The notes under the pieces: model-generated
What the model saw: only the letters and a program-made list of their open reading frames with translations
Database searches by the model: none
Told to the model about the DNA's origin: nothing
Translations under genes and position numbers: made by a program
Part shown: piece by piece, positions 1 to 9,951 of the stretch
How positions within the stretch are numbered: the first letter of the stretch is position 1
How the letters are laid out: each line of letters begins with the position of its first letter
Assembly (NCBI GenBank): GCA_001192655.1
Contig: BBVC01000019.1
Location: 21,003 to 53,002 of the forward strand
Direction of reading: 5' to 3'
From: Caedimonas varicaedens
Lineage (GTDB): Bacteria > Pseudomonadota > Alphaproteobacteria > Caedimonadales > Caedimonadaceae
Length of the DNA: 32,000 bases

Positions 1-2
1 TT

Positions 3-374
3 GTGGCACTCAGGCAGGGAGAATCCATAGAGTTCCAGGGTTACAAAATTGAACTACAATCCGTTCAGCGTCATAAATTCCCCAACTATGAGGCTGAGCG
101 TGCAACAATCTCGCTGAAAAAAAAAGGAAGAACATCTATTCTGTTTCCTGAGAAGAGGTTCTATAGAGCGCATCAAACCCTGACAACGGAAACGGCCTTG
201 CATCATTTCTGGTTCTCTAACCTTTATTTTGCCTTGGGCCCTCTTTTGACAGGAGATCGATGGACATTGCGTGTCTATTACCACCCTCTGGTCGAGCTTA
301 TTTGGTTGGGGGGAATTTTATTAGCTACAGGGGGATTTCTGGGGCTTATTCCTAGGCAGATTTTCAGAAGAAAA
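3..374 (+). CDS. ccmF: Cytochrome c-type biogenesis protein CcmF, C-terminal part. The 5' end lies outside the window and there is no stop codon before ccmH.
   Basis: The ORF is open from the window edge. The translation PEKRFY..TTETAL..NLYFALGP..WTLRVYYHPLVELIWLGGILLATGG matches the conserved CcmF C-terminal region and its last TM helix. The frame continues directly into ccmH. Confidence 0.7.
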
Positions 375-770
375 ATGCGTAAAAAGGGACTCTCTCTTAT
401 TTTATTCCTGTTTTTGGGGAGAGTATTTCCTGCTGAAGCTGTAGAAATCGGTGAGCGTCTTTTAAATCCCGTGCTAGAACAACGCGCCCGTATCCTTTCT
501 AGCGAGATTAAATGTCCTGTTTGTGCGGGGCAGTCTATCGAAGATTCTCAAGCTCCCTTGGCACGAAAGCTGAGGCGATCGATTCGTGAATCCCTGCTTG
601 AAAACAAGACAGATGAGGAAATTCGGCAGAAGCTGATTCATCTTTATGGCGAAAATGTTCTGTTTAAGCCTGTATTTGATTTCAAAAATTCTCTTTTATG
701 GATTCTTCCGTTTCTCATTGGTTTGGGCAGTGTTGGATTGACTCTGTGGCGCTTTTACAGGAAAAAATGA
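375..770 (+). CDS. ccmH: Cytochrome c-type biogenesis protein CcmH/CycL (thiol-disulfide oxidoreductase component)
   Basis: ATG at 375 is followed by a signal-like MRKKGLSLILFLFLGRVFPAEA. The CcmH signature IKCPVCAGQSIEDSQAPLA (CXXC) is present, then ..YGENVLFKP and a C-terminal TM helix. Confidence 0.85.
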   Translation: MRKKGLSLILFLFLGRVFPAEAVEIGERLLNPVLEQRARILSSEIKCPVCAGQSIEDSQAPLARKLRRSIRESLLENKTDEEIRQKLIHLYGENVLFKPVFDFKNSLLWILPFLIGLGSVGLTLWRFYRKK

Positions 771-824
771 TATAACAACAAGCGGCATAACAAATCGCCA
801 CCTGTTATACAACCTAATGAAGTC

Positions 825-1535
825 TTATTGAGAAAGTGACAGAGTATATAAATTCCTTGGATTTCCGAATTCTGTTTCTGCTAGATATTGAGGTTCATTA
901 AAATATTTCTTCAGAAGCTTATTCACTGGTTGATTATTTAGCATGGCTGTTGCGTGAAGAGCTTTAATTGGTTGTTCTCCGATAGCGAAATTCTCTTTTT
1001 GAAGAAAAGGAATATAATCCTTAATCATGATTTCAGTAATTATGGTTGCATATTTTTTACCAGAATATTCCGGTTTTCCAAACCCGACTAATCCTAAAAT
1101 ACCTTCTTTGTTAATATCCCAGTTTGTGTGAGGAGTAAAAAGGCCAACAACACCAACGACTTCTTCATTTATGCTAACGACGAACCGCATATTATAAAAA
1201 AGTGTATTTTTTGCAAGTGATTCGCGCCAGCAGTGTTCATAAGCGCTTAATTCTTTTTCAACAGTCTGTCTAGTTTTTGTTTTTCCATCTCCTACCCATT
1301 GCATTACTGCTTTATTTTCATAAATGGGCATCAATACATCCAGGTTTTCCTTCCGAACAGGTTTTAATACAAGTGGATCATGGTGAATGATAATATCAGA
1401 AATATCTTTGGAGAAATTAATATAGGTAAGGGGGGTAGGTAACTCTTCATCTGTCGTCAAATCCGTTGCGTGTAGCGGTGAAATTATTAACAAGGTTAAA
1501 AGAGTTAACGATAATAAATCTAAAGTTCTTTTCAT
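825..1535 (-). CDS. GNAT-family (RimJ/RimL-like) N-acetyltransferase with an N-terminal Sec-type signal peptide
   Basis: Internal ATG at 1535 is preceded by AGGAG. The N-terminus MKRTLDLLSLTLLTLLIISPLHA-TD looks like a signal peptide. The body has the GNAT layout (LVLKPVRKENLDVL.., VGVVGL, GFGKPEYSGKKYAT, NNQPVNKLLKKY-F). The longer 305-aa ORF upstream of this ATG looks non-coding. Confidence 0.7.
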   Translation of the reverse strand: MKRTLDLLSLTLLTLLIISPLHATDLTTDEELPTPLTYINFSKDISDIIIHHDPLVLKPVRKENLDVLMPIYENKAVMQWVGDGKTKTRQTVEKELSAYEHCWRESLAKNTLFYNMRFVVSINEEVVGVVGLFTPHTNWDINKEGILGLVGFGKPEYSGKKYATIITEIMIKDYIPFLQKENFAIGEQPIKALHATAMLNNQPVNKLLKKYFNEPQYLAETEFGNPRNLYTLSLSQ

Positions 1536-1782
1536 AAAATAACTCCTATTTTTTTGATGGCTGTTTTTTTTAATTTTTAGAGGAAATGAATAGTAATATT
1601 CACTAATAAAAACAAGACACTCTTGAATTAGAGTAGCAAGAATTAGTCTTGTAGACAAGCTAGGTGATGAGGATCCAAAAAAATAATGCTTGAACGTACA
1701 AAAATTTGGAAGGAAAAGGATAGGCTGTACACTGAAAATCATGTTATAGTGACTGCTTATAATTCATAAGCTGTGTGCCAAT

Positions 1783-2433
1783 ATGACCTTTCATCGTGTT
1801 AAGATAGCACCGTCCATTCTTTCCTGTGATTTTGCGAGACTGGGAGCAGAAATAGAAGCCGTTACCCAGGCGGGTGCGGATATGATTCATATTGATGTAA
1901 TGGACGGCCATTTTGTGCCTAATTTGACACTGGGACCTGATATTATTAAAGCGATCAGACCTTACTCTTCTCTTCCTTTCGATGTTCATTTGATGGTCAG
2001 TCCTGCTGATCTTCTGATCGATCGTTTTATTGAGGTAGGCGCTGATATCCTGACCATTCATCCCGAAGCCAATCCTCATATGCACCGCACCTTGCAAAAA
2101 ATTCGCTATCATCGCAAAAAAGCAGGTATCGCTCTCAATCCAGCAACACCTCTTGATGTGCTTGATTATATCCTGGAAGATGTAGATCTTATTCTTGTGA
2201 TGACTGTGAATCCAGGCTTTGGGGGGCAGACTTTCATTCCTTCGCAACTTGAGAAAATCAGGGCTGTGCGAGAAATCATCGGAATGCGTTCTATTGAATT
2301 GGCTGTGGACGGGGGAATCTCAGCCGAAACAGGGGCTCAGGCGAGAGCCGCAGGGGCAACAGTGCTGGTTGCAGGCACAGCAATCTTCAAAAATCCTGAT
2401 TATGCGCAAGGTATCAAAAGCTTGCGTTCATAA
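1783..2433 (+). CDS. rpe: Ribulose-phosphate 3-epimerase
   Basis: IAPSILSCDFARLG..AGADMIHIDVMDGHFVPNLTLGP..HLMV..VMTVNPGFGGQ..VDGG is the canonical Rpe motif set. Confidence 0.95.
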   Translation: MTFHRVKIAPSILSCDFARLGAEIEAVTQAGADMIHIDVMDGHFVPNLTLGPDIIKAIRPYSSLPFDVHLMVSPADLLIDRFIEVGADILTIHPEANPHMHRTLQKIRYHRKKAGIALNPATPLDVLDYILEDVDLILVMTVNPGFGGQTFIPSQLEKIRAVREIIGMRSIELAVDGGISAETGAQARAAGATVLVAGTAIFKNPDYAQGIKSLRS

Positions 2434-2542
2434 AATTATATCCCTGCAAGCTGTATACGCGACAACAAACAGGTTTTTTCAATTTGGAGAGAAGTGTATA
2501 CTCAGCCAGATTAAATATTTTTAATAACGACTGAAGTATCTA

Positions 2543-3604
2543 TTGATGACATCCCTGGATCATTCAATTTTGACAGAAATCAAGGGAAGGGTGGGGCTTG
2601 TCACGCTTCATCGACCTTCTGCATTGAATGCATTAAATGTAGAGATGATTTCTCATCTTTCACGGACGCTTGATCTATGGCGTGATGATTCGAATGTTTC
2701 TTGCGTTGTTCTTCAAGGTACTGGTGAGCGGGCATTTTGCGCAGGCGGTGATTTGCGCAGCGTGTACGAAGCCAAACAACGAGATGACACAGAAGCTTTG
2801 TCCTTTCTCTTTCGGGAAGAATATCGGCTCAATTATAAAATTCATATGTTCCCAAAACCCTATATTTCCTTTCTGCACGGTTATACCATGGGGGGCGGGC
2901 TGGGCATTTCTGTTCATGGTTCTCATCGTATTGTGTGCGAGGGTTCCTGTTTAGCAATGCCTGAAGTGACGATCGGCTACTTCCCTGATGTGGGCGCCGG
3001 TTATTTTCTTAATCAATGTCCCGGATTTTTGGGTATGTATCTGGCGTTGACAGGAATTTATATATCTGCAGAAGATGCTCTTTATGCAAGGTTAGCAACT
3101 CACTATGTCCGCAAGGAAAATTATCAGGAACTGTTCCAGGATTTTTGCCATCGCTCTCCTGCAACTTCTTATGAGGTGGAAGAAATCCTGGGAAGATTTC
3201 AAGAGCCGGTGCCTGTTTCTTCTCTGAAAGAACGAAGAGGAGAGATTGATCGTCTTTTTGGAAAAGAGCAATTTGACGATATTTTGCGGACTCTTGAGCA
3301 GGAAAAATCAGAATTTTCAGACGAATGCCTGAAGACCCTCTCTACAAAATCTCCTTCCAGCCTGAAAGTGACTTTTGAGCTTCTTAAAAGAATGCGGGGG
3401 AAGTCTCTTAGGGAAGCTCTGCATTATGATTTTTTGCTGGCGCAAAAATTTGGCAAACATCCAGATTTTTTTGAAGGTATTCGCGCTGCGATCATTGATA
3501 AGGATCAGAATCCCCAGTGGCAACCCAAAACCCTTGATGAGGTGACTCAAAACGTTGTAGAAGAATATTTCGTTGCCCATTCAGATCAGAAACTATTTGA
3601 TTAA
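2543..3604 (+). CDS. Enoyl-CoA hydratase/isomerase superfamily protein, 3-hydroxyisobutyryl-CoA hydrolase-like
   Basis: Crotonase fold motifs are present (FCAGGDLRS, GYTMGGGLG, MPEVTIGYFPDVGAGYFL), plus the extended C-terminal domain typical of HIBCH-type hydrolases. Start is TTG 2543 or ATG 2546. Confidence 0.8.
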   Translation: MMTSLDHSILTEIKGRVGLVTLHRPSALNALNVEMISHLSRTLDLWRDDSNVSCVVLQGTGERAFCAGGDLRSVYEAKQRDDTEALSFLFREEYRLNYKIHMFPKPYISFLHGYTMGGGLGISVHGSHRIVCEGSCLAMPEVTIGYFPDVGAGYFLNQCPGFLGMYLALTGIYISAEDALYARLATHYVRKENYQELFQDFCHRSPATSYEVEEILGRFQEPVPVSSLKERRGEIDRLFGKEQFDDILRTLEQEKSEFSDECLKTLSTKSPSSLKVTFELLKRMRGKSLREALHYDFLLAQKFGKHPDFFEGIRAAIIDKDQNPQWQPKTLDEVTQNVVEEYFVAHSDQKLFD

Positions 3605-3610
3605 TTACTC

Positions 3611-6600
3611 ATGCAAATGCTTATTCCTATTCTGTCGGTGATTCCCGGGCGTCAAACGCTTTATGGTGTGACGGACAGCTTTGATGCTTTTGTTCTGGCA
3701 GCGTTGGCGGAACAAAATCCAGGGCGTCCTGTTTTGCATGTTTGTCGTCACGAAGCTCGTCTTTCTTTGTTGTCTCAAGAGCTTGAATTTTTGGCTCCCG
3801 GGGTTGAAGTTTTGGTTTTTCCTGCGTGGGATTGCTTGCCTTATGATCGTATTTCTCCGAAAAAAGATATTGTTGGCAAGCGTGTGGAAACGCTGGTTCG
3901 TTTGCTGCAACCTCAAACAGCGCCGCGTATTCTTCTGGTCAGTGCCGCAAGTTTTTTTCAGCGGGTATCGCCGCGAAGACTTTATCAGGGGGTGTCTCTT
4001 ACTATCAGAAAAGGAGAGAAAATTACGCAAAAAACGCTGGAAGATTATTTTCTTTCTCATGGATTCAACTCTGTTATGACGGTGAGGGAGCCCAGCGAAT
4101 TTTCTTTTCGTGGCGGGATCGTCGATTTTTTCCCGGCGGCTCATGCTTTGCCTTATCGACTTGACCTTTTTGGCGAAGAAGTCGATGAACTTAAAACCTT
4201 TGACCCCCTGACACAACTTAGCCAAACTCCAGTCGATGAAGTCTCATTGGCGCCTGCAAATGAAGTTTTGATTCATGAGGGAACCATAATTCATTTTCGA
4301 CAATCCTACCGGCAGTATTTTGGTACAGCAGGAGACCAGGACCCCCTTTATCAGGCGATCAGCGCAGGAAGAAGTTATCCAGGGGTCGAACATTGGCTGC
4401 CTCTCTTTTATGATTCCCTTGAAACGCTTTTGGACTATCTTCACAATCCACTTGTCTGTTTTGATCAACGCGCGCTGGATGCCGCCAAGACGCGTTTAGA
4501 GCAAGTGCAGGAATACTACGATGCCCGCACAAAATTTAAGGAAGCAGAGAAGGGAAAATCAGGTCTTCCCTATCATCCCCTTCCATCTCAGCTTCTTTAT
4601 CCTTCCATGACAGAAATGGACCAGAAGCTTGAATCCATGACAGTTTTCCATTTTTCACCCTTTGCTCCTCCTTCAGGGCAAGAGATTGACTTGACGGCGC
4701 GCGCTATTCCGGATTTTTCCGCTTCTCGTCATCGTCAGGAAATTAATCTTTTTGACCATCTGCAAGAGCGTATTTTGGCAGCCCAACAAAAGCAAAAGAA
4801 AGTTGTTCTTGCTTGTTTTAGCTCAGGTTCAGGAGATCGTTTTTCCAAAGTTTTAAAAGAACGTGATTTAACTGCTCGATGGCTTGCGCACTTTAGTGAC
4901 ATCAGGGATCTTCTTTGTCATCAGGTTGGGCTGATTCAACTTCCTCTGGAATATGGATTTGAGACACCTGTTCTTTTGTTAATGACAGAACAGGATATTT
5001 TGGGAGAGCGTCAGACACGTCCTGCCAAAAGGCAGCGTCGTTCAGATCTTTTCATCGGTGAGGTTTCTTCTCTGAATGAAGGCGATTATGTGGTGCATCA
5101 GGAGCATGGCATAGGACAATTCAAAGGACTCTTGACGCTGACTGTGGGCGAAATTCCTCATGATTGTGTTGTCTTGATGTATGAAGGGGGCGACAAGCTT
5201 TTTGTTCCTGTAGAAAACTTGGACATTTTATCTCGTTATGGCGGGGAGTCCAGCTTTGTGACTTTGGACAAACTGGGAAGCAGTGCCTGGCAGAATCGAA
5301 AAGCCAAAATAAAAAAACGGCTTTTGGAAATTGCTCAACACCTGATTGCGCTGGCGGCAGAACGCCAAGTTCGTGTTGCAGAAATCTTTCATCGCAATGA
5401 AAGTCTGTATCAGGAATTTTCAGCCCGCTTCCCCTATAATGAAACGGAAGATCAAGCGCGTGTTATCGAAGAAACTCTGGATGATCTTGCTATAGGAAAG
5501 CCAATGGATCGTCTGGTATGTGGTGACGTAGGTTTTGGTAAAACAGAAGTCGCGATGCGTGCTGCTTTTGTTGTCGCTTCTGCAGGCAAACAGGTTGCTC
5601 TGATTGTGCCTACGACTCTTCTCTGTCGCCAGCATTTTCGTAATTTCCAGGAACGTTTTCAAGGATTAGGGTTGCATATCGCGCAGCTTTCACGTTTGGT
5701 CTCAGCTAAAGACGCAAAGCACATCAAAGAAGATATAAGCAAGGGTGCCGTGGATATTGTTGTGGGCACCCATAGCCTTTTAAGCGCATCCTTACACTTC
5801 AAAAATTTGGGCTTGGTGATTGTTGATGAAGAACAACACTTTGGCGTTAAACAGAAGGAACGTTTGAAGGAACTACAAAAAGATGTCCACCTTTTGACAT
5901 TAAGCGCGACCCCTATTCCCAGGACGTTGCAAATGGCATTGTCGGGCGTCAGGGATCTTTCTCTGATTACGACGCCGCCTATTGATCGCCTGGCGGTCAG
6001 AACCTTTGTGATGCCTTTTGACGCTGTGGTGGTGCGTGAAGCAATTTTGCGCGAGATTTACAGGGGGGGACAGGTATTTTATGTTAGTCCCCGCATTGAA
6101 GACCTTGAAGAGCTGACAGAACGCTTGAAATCTCTTGTCCCGGAAGCCCGTACGGTTATTGCTCATGGTCAGCAATCCGCGACTGTCCTTGAGAAAGTGA
6201 TGAACGATTTTTATGATAAAAAGTATGAGATTCTTCTTTCTACAAACATTATTGAGTCTGGTTTAGATATGCCTTCAGTGAATACAATGATTATCCATCG
6301 GGCTGACCTTTTCGGTCTTGCCCAGCTTTATCAGTTGAGAGGGCGAGTGGGGCGCGCCAAAGTCCGTGGTTATGCCTATCTTATTTTACCTGAACATAAC
6401 GTTATTTCTGCGACGGCGCAAAAACGTCTTGAGGTGATGCAAACTCTGGATACGTTGGGCGCGGGATTTCAGCTGGCCAGCCATGATATGGATATTCGGG
6501 GAGCGGGAAATCTTCTGGGGGAAGAGCAATCGGGGCATATTCGGGAAGTGGGTGTTGAACTTTATCAGCAAATGTTGGAAGAAGCGATCCATGAAGTCCA

Positions 6601-7090
6601 GCAAGGTCATGAAAATCCAGCGCCTGTTTCCTGGTCTCCCCAGCTTAACCTGGGCTTGCCTGTGATGATTCCTGAGACTTATGTTCCTGATCTTGCCGTT
6701 CGTCTTCATCTTTACAGGCGACTTTCAACAGTAGAAACTGAAGAAGAAATTCATAGTTTAGAACGGGAACTTATGGATCGATTTGGTACATTGCCTGATG
6801 AAGTGGGTAATCTTTTAAAAATATTGGCGCTTAAGCAACTTTGTCGGAAAGCAGGCATTGAGAAACTGGATGCTGGCGAAAAAGGATGTGTTTTATCCTT
6901 TTCTAATCAGAGTTTTTCCAATCCTCTGGCTTTAGTCGCTTATATTAATCAGCATCAGGGGACGATTCGATTTCGCCCTGATCAAAAGCTTGTTTTCCTG
7001 AAAGTGTGGAAAACTCCCTCTCTCAAGGTGGAAGGGGTTAAAAAGATTTTGCAGGAGTTAATTTCTCTTGCAGATAGCAGAGAAATATAA
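3611..7090 (+). CDS. mfd: Transcription-repair coupling factor Mfd
   Basis: 1159 aa. Contains a UvrB-homology N-terminus, a CarD-like region (GDYVVHQEHGIGQF), SF2 helicase motifs (GDVGFGKTEVA, DEEQHFG, LSATPIPRT, QLRGRVGR) and a TRCF C-terminal domain. Confidence 0.97.
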   Translation: MQMLIPILSVIPGRQTLYGVTDSFDAFVLAALAEQNPGRPVLHVCRHEARLSLLSQELEFLAPGVEVLVFPAWDCLPYDRISPKKDIVGKRVETLVRLLQPQTAPRILLVSAASFFQRVSPRRLYQGVSLTIRKGEKITQKTLEDYFLSHGFNSVMTVREPSEFSFRGGIVDFFPAAHALPYRLDLFGEEVDELKTFDPLTQLSQTPVDEVSLAPANEVLIHEGTIIHFRQSYRQYFGTAGDQDPLYQAISAGRSYPGVEHWLPLFYDSLETLLDYLHNPLVCFDQRALDAAKTRLEQVQEYYDARTKFKEAEKGKSGLPYHPLPSQLLYPSMTEMDQKLESMTVFHFSPFAPPSGQEIDLTARAIPDFSASRHRQEINLFDHLQERILAAQQKQKKVVLACFSSGSGDRFSKVLKERDLTARWLAHFSDIRDLLCHQVGLIQLPLEYGFETPVLLLMTEQDILGERQTRPAKRQRRSDLFIGEVSSLNEGDYVVHQEHGIGQFKGLLTLTVGEIPHDCVVLMYEGGDKLFVPVENLDILSRYGGESSFVTLDKLGSSAWQNRKAKIKKRLLEIAQHLIALAAERQVRVAEIFHRNESLYQEFSARFPYNETEDQARVIEETLDDLAIGKPMDRLVCGDVGFGKTEVAMRAAFVVASAGKQVALIVPTTLLCRQHFRNFQERFQGLGLHIAQLSRLVSAKDAKHIKEDISKGAVDIVVGTHSLLSASLHFKNLGLVIVDEEQHFGVKQKERLKELQKDVHLLTLSATPIPRTLQMALSGVRDLSLITTPPIDRLAVRTFVMPFDAVVVREAILREIYRGGQVFYVSPRIEDLEELTERLKSLVPEARTVIAHGQQSATVLEKVMNDFYDKKYEILLSTNIIESGLDMPSVNTMIIHRADLFGLAQLYQLRGRVGRAKVRGYAYLILPEHNVISATAQKRLEVMQTLDTLGAGFQLASHDMDIRGAGNLLGEEQSGHIREVGVELYQQMLEEAIHEVQQGHENPAPVSWSPQLNLGLPVMIPETYVPDLAVRLHLYRRLSTVETEEEIHSLERELMDRFGTLPDEVGNLLKILALKQLCRKAGIEKLDAGEKGCVLSFSNQSFSNPLALVAYINQHQGTIRFRPDQKLVFLKVWKTPSLKVEGVKKILQELISLADSREI

Positions 7091-7096
7091 GGCAGA

Positions 7097-7636
7097 ATGA
7101 ATTCTTCTTCAAAAATTTTGATGGGTTTTATTATGGGCGCTTGTGGTATTCGCGGGGGGATGCGATTCAAGTCTTATGGGGAATCCCCCAAAGATCTTAA
7201 ATCCTATAAGGTATTTCAGGATCAAACAGGTTGTCAGCAGCTTAAAATAATTCAGATATTGCCGTATAAAGAGAATATCATTACGCTTTACCTGGAAGGG
7301 ATTACCACAAGAAGTCAAGCAGAAGCGCTTAGGGGAATGTCCCTTTATATTGATCATACTCAGCTTAAAAAGCTTTCAAAAGATGAATTTTATTATCATG
7401 ATTTGGAAGGGTTGATTGTCCGGAATGAAGAAAACTGCGTTATTGGACAGGTAAAAACAGTTGTGAGCTATGGCGCTGATTCTATGTTGGGTGTTTGTCT
7501 TTTAGAAGATCCCTCTTCAGAGATCCTGATTCCTTTTCGGAAAGAATTTGTAAAAGCAGTTAATCAACAGGAAAAATATATTATCCTTGATACAGATTAT
7601 GTGCAGGCATTTCTTGACTTAAAAGGGCAATCTTAA
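7097..7636 (+). CDS. rimM: 16S rRNA processing protein RimM
   Basis: N-terminal ILMGFIMGACGIRGGMRFK (the RimM GxxGxxG beta-barrel start), a PRC-barrel C-terminus, and conserved rimM-trmD-rplS synteny. Confidence 0.85.
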   Translation: MNSSSKILMGFIMGACGIRGGMRFKSYGESPKDLKSYKVFQDQTGCQQLKIIQILPYKENIITLYLEGITTRSQAEALRGMSLYIDHTQLKKLSKDEFYYHDLEGLIVRNEENCVIGQVKTVVSYGADSMLGVCLLEDPSSEILIPFRKEFVKAVNQQEKYIILDTDYVQAFLDLKGQS

Positions 7637-8346
7637 TGACTTTTGCAATTAAAATTTTTACATTGTACCCTGAAATTTTTCCAGGCCCTCTTCAATACTC
7701 GCTTGTCGGGCGGGCGCTTCAGGAAAAAAAATGGTCTCTTGAGACTGTCAATATTCGTGATTTTGCTTTTGATCGGCATAAAACCGTTGATGATACAGCC
7801 TGCGGAGGAGGCCCTGGGATGGTGATGCGTGCTGATGTTATCGACCGTGCTTTAAAATTTCATTATCCAGTGTTTTCAAAATCCTTGATCTATTTGTCGC
7901 CGCGTGGCATACCATTGACACAGGAATATGTAAAAAAGCTTGCGCAAAGACCCTCTGTGGGGTTACTGTGTGGTCGATTCGAAGGGGTTGACCAACGCGT
8001 TCTTGATGCGTGGGAATTTGAAGAAGTGAGCATAGGTGATTTCATCCTTACGGGGGGCGAATTGCCTGCTATGGCTTTGATTGATGCGTGCGTACGGGTT
8101 CTGCCAGGTGTTATAGGCTCGGCTGAATCTCTGGAGGAAGAAAGCTTTTCTCAAGGGCTTTTGGAATATCCCCAGTATACGCGGCCCCGTGTGTGGGAAG
8201 GGCGTGAAGTTCCTGACATATTGCTTCAGGGGCACCACGAACAAATACGTCGTTGGCGTCAGGCGCAAGCTGAAGAGATTACGCGCGTTCGCAGACCCGA
8301 TTTGTGGAAAAAGTATTGTGATACGCGAGACAAAGAGAAAGGATAA
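7636..8346 (+). CDS. trmD: tRNA (guanine37-N1)-methyltransferase TrmD
   Basis: [11 protein letters not shown].., [49 protein letters not shown].. The ATG overlaps the rimM stop (TAATG). Confidence 0.95.
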   Translation: MTFAIKIFTLYPEIFPGPLQYSLVGRALQEKKWSLETVNIRDFAFDRHKTVDDTACGGGPGMVMRADVIDRALKFHYPVFSKSLIYLSPRGIPLTQEYVKKLAQRPSVGLLCGRFEGVDQRVLDAWEFEEVSIGDFILTGGELPAMALIDACVRVLPGVIGSAESLEEESFSQGLLEYPQYTRPRVWEGREVPDILLQGHHEQIRRWRQAQAEEITRVRRPDLWKKYCDTRDKEKG

Positions 8347-8351
8347 AGAGA

Positions 8352-8777
8352 ATGAACATTCTTCAACAATTTGAGCAGGAACAAGTGACCAAGCTTGCGG
8401 CGAATAATCCTGTTCCCCAATTTTCAGCAGGCGATACATTACGTATCCACGTAAAGGTGGTTGAAGGAGAGCGAGAGAGGACACAGGCTTATGAAGGATT
8501 CTGTATTGCGAGAAAAAATGCAGGAATTAATTCTTCCGTAACTGTCAGAAAGCTTTCCTTTGGAGAAGGTGTGGAGCGCGTATTTCCATTATATTCTCCC
8601 AATATTCGTATTGAAGTGGTGCGGTATGGTGACGTGCGACGGGCAAAGCTTTATTATTTACGCGCTCGTACGGGCAAGGCTGCGCGTATTACCGAGAAGA
8701 ATACATATGTGCGTAATTTGAATAAGAAAAATCAGGAGATTATCACTTCTGAAGAATCTGTTTCTGAGGATATATAG
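8352..8777 (+). CDS. rplS: 50S ribosomal protein L19
   Basis: [60 protein letters not shown] is typical L19, with a short C-terminal extension. Confidence 0.95.
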   Translation: MNILQQFEQEQVTKLAANNPVPQFSAGDTLRIHVKVVEGERERTQAYEGFCIARKNAGINSSVTVRKLSFGEGVERVFPLYSPNIRIEVVRYGDVRRAKLYYLRARTGKAARITEKNTYVRNLNKKNQEIITSEESVSEDI

Positions 8778-8795
8778 TTCTGTTGTGACGTAAAG

Positions 8796-8816
8796 AAGGG
8801 GTTTGTTCCCCTTTTA
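8796..8816 (+). terminator. Candidate Rho-independent terminator after rplS
   Basis: Hairpin AAGGGG-tttgtt-CCCCTT followed by TT, about 20 nt after the rplS stop. Confidence 0.5.
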
Positions 8817-8877
8817 ACGCCCGTTTTGTATTCATTTTGTGCCAGAAATATGCACTGAAAAGTGGTATATTTTTTTT

Positions 8878-9939
8878 ATGCCTGATTCTAAAGAGGAGAC
8901 AACATTGGGCGTTCAAACCAAATCTGTTTCAGCGAGTTCTGCCTCTCGTTCCTCTGTCACGAAAGAACAGCTTTTAGAGTATTACCATAAAATGCTTCTT
9001 ATCCGCCGTTTTGAGGAAAAAGCGGGGCAACTTTACGGGATGGGGTTGATCGCTGGTTTTTGCCATCTTTATATTGGACAAGAAGCTGTTGTTGTTGGCA
9101 TACAGTCTGTCCTTTCATCAAAAGACACCGTTATTACAGCCTATCGCGACCATGGTCATATGCTTGCTTGCAACATGGATCCACGCGGTGTGATGGCCGA
9201 GCTTACAGGTCGTATTGGGGGGTATTCCAAAGGTAAGGGTGGGTCGATGCACATGTTCTCGCGGGAAAAGAATTTTTTTGGAGGGCATGGTATTGTGGGT
9301 GCTCAGGTTCCCTTGGGAGCAGGGCTGGCCTTTGCTCATAAATATCGTGCTGATGGGGGGCTTTGCGTTACTTATATGGGAGATGGTGCTGTTAACCAGG
9401 GACAGGTGTATGAGACCTTTAATATGGCCGCTCTTTGGAAGCTTCCCATAATTTTTATCATTGAAAATAATGGGTATGCCATGGGAACGTCCGTTCAACG
9501 ACATGCAGCGGGAGAGCATCTTTATGAACGTGGTATGGCCTATGGTATCCCTGGACGAGAAGCCGATGGAATGGATATTCTTGCGGCACATACAGCAGCG
9601 CTTGCGGCGGTAGATTATGTTCGGGCAGGAAATGGCCCCATTATTCTCGAGATGAAGACATATCGCTATCGAGGGCATTCCATGTCTGATCCTGCCAAGT
9701 ATCGTAGCAAGGAAGAAGTTGAGAATATGCGTGAGAATGCTGATCCTGTTATGCACGCGCGATTGAAGCTTGAAAAGGAGTTTAGTGTTACTGAGGAAGA
9801 TTTCAAAACAATCGATAAGGAAATTAAAAAAATTATTACAGAAGCAGCAGAGTTTGCACAAATAAGTCCCGAACCTGATCCTTCTGAGCTTTATACCGAT
9901 ATTCTCATTGAAAATGAGAGAAATTCTACTTCAGATTAA
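8878..9939 (+). CDS. pdhA: Pyruvate dehydrogenase E1 component, alpha subunit
   Basis: YHKMLLIRRFEEKAGQLYGMGLIAGFCHLYIGQEA.., TPP-binding GDGAVNQGQ..NNGYAMGT, YRYRGHSMSDP. ATG 8878 is preferred over the upstream GTG 8839. Confidence 0.92.
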   Translation: MPDSKEETTLGVQTKSVSASSASRSSVTKEQLLEYYHKMLLIRRFEEKAGQLYGMGLIAGFCHLYIGQEAVVVGIQSVLSSKDTVITAYRDHGHMLACNMDPRGVMAELTGRIGGYSKGKGGSMHMFSREKNFFGGHGIVGAQVPLGAGLAFAHKYRADGGLCVTYMGDGAVNQGQVYETFNMAALWKLPIIFIIENNGYAMGTSVQRHAAGEHLYERGMAYGIPGREADGMDILAAHTAALAAVDYVRAGNGPIILEMKTYRYRGHSMSDPAKYRSKEEVENMRENADPVMHARLKLEKEFSVTEEDFKTIDKEIKKIITEAAEFAQISPEPDPSELYTDILIENERNSTSD

Positions 9940-9951
9940 GAAGAGGAATCT

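Noticed and set aside
771-819. Inverted repeat TATAACA..TGTTATA between convergent ccmH and the GNAT gene, considered as a bidirectional terminator
   Set aside because: It has a 7-bp AT-only stem with a loop of about 35 nt and no T-run, which is too weak to call.
1536-1742. N-terminal extensions of ORF-track proteins: 825-1742, 24569-25417, 13211-13246, 19561-19599 and 8839-8877
   Set aside because: The extensions are compositionally odd (Cys/Phe/Ile-rich) and lack an RBS. In each case an internal ATG, in several cases with a visible RBS (e.g. 1535, 13247), gives a family-typical N-terminus.
3605-4225. 206-aa minus-strand ORF overlapping the 5' end of mfd. Similar long antisense ORFs occur at 1744-2247 (rpe), 7963-8484 (trmD/rplS), 9118-9861 (pdhA), 10970-11428 (pdhC) and 16300-16746 (accA).
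   Set aside because: Each lies fully antisense to a strongly recognisable conserved gene. Their translations are Arg/Lys/Ser/Cys-rich with no motifs, which is the typical shadow-ORF composition.
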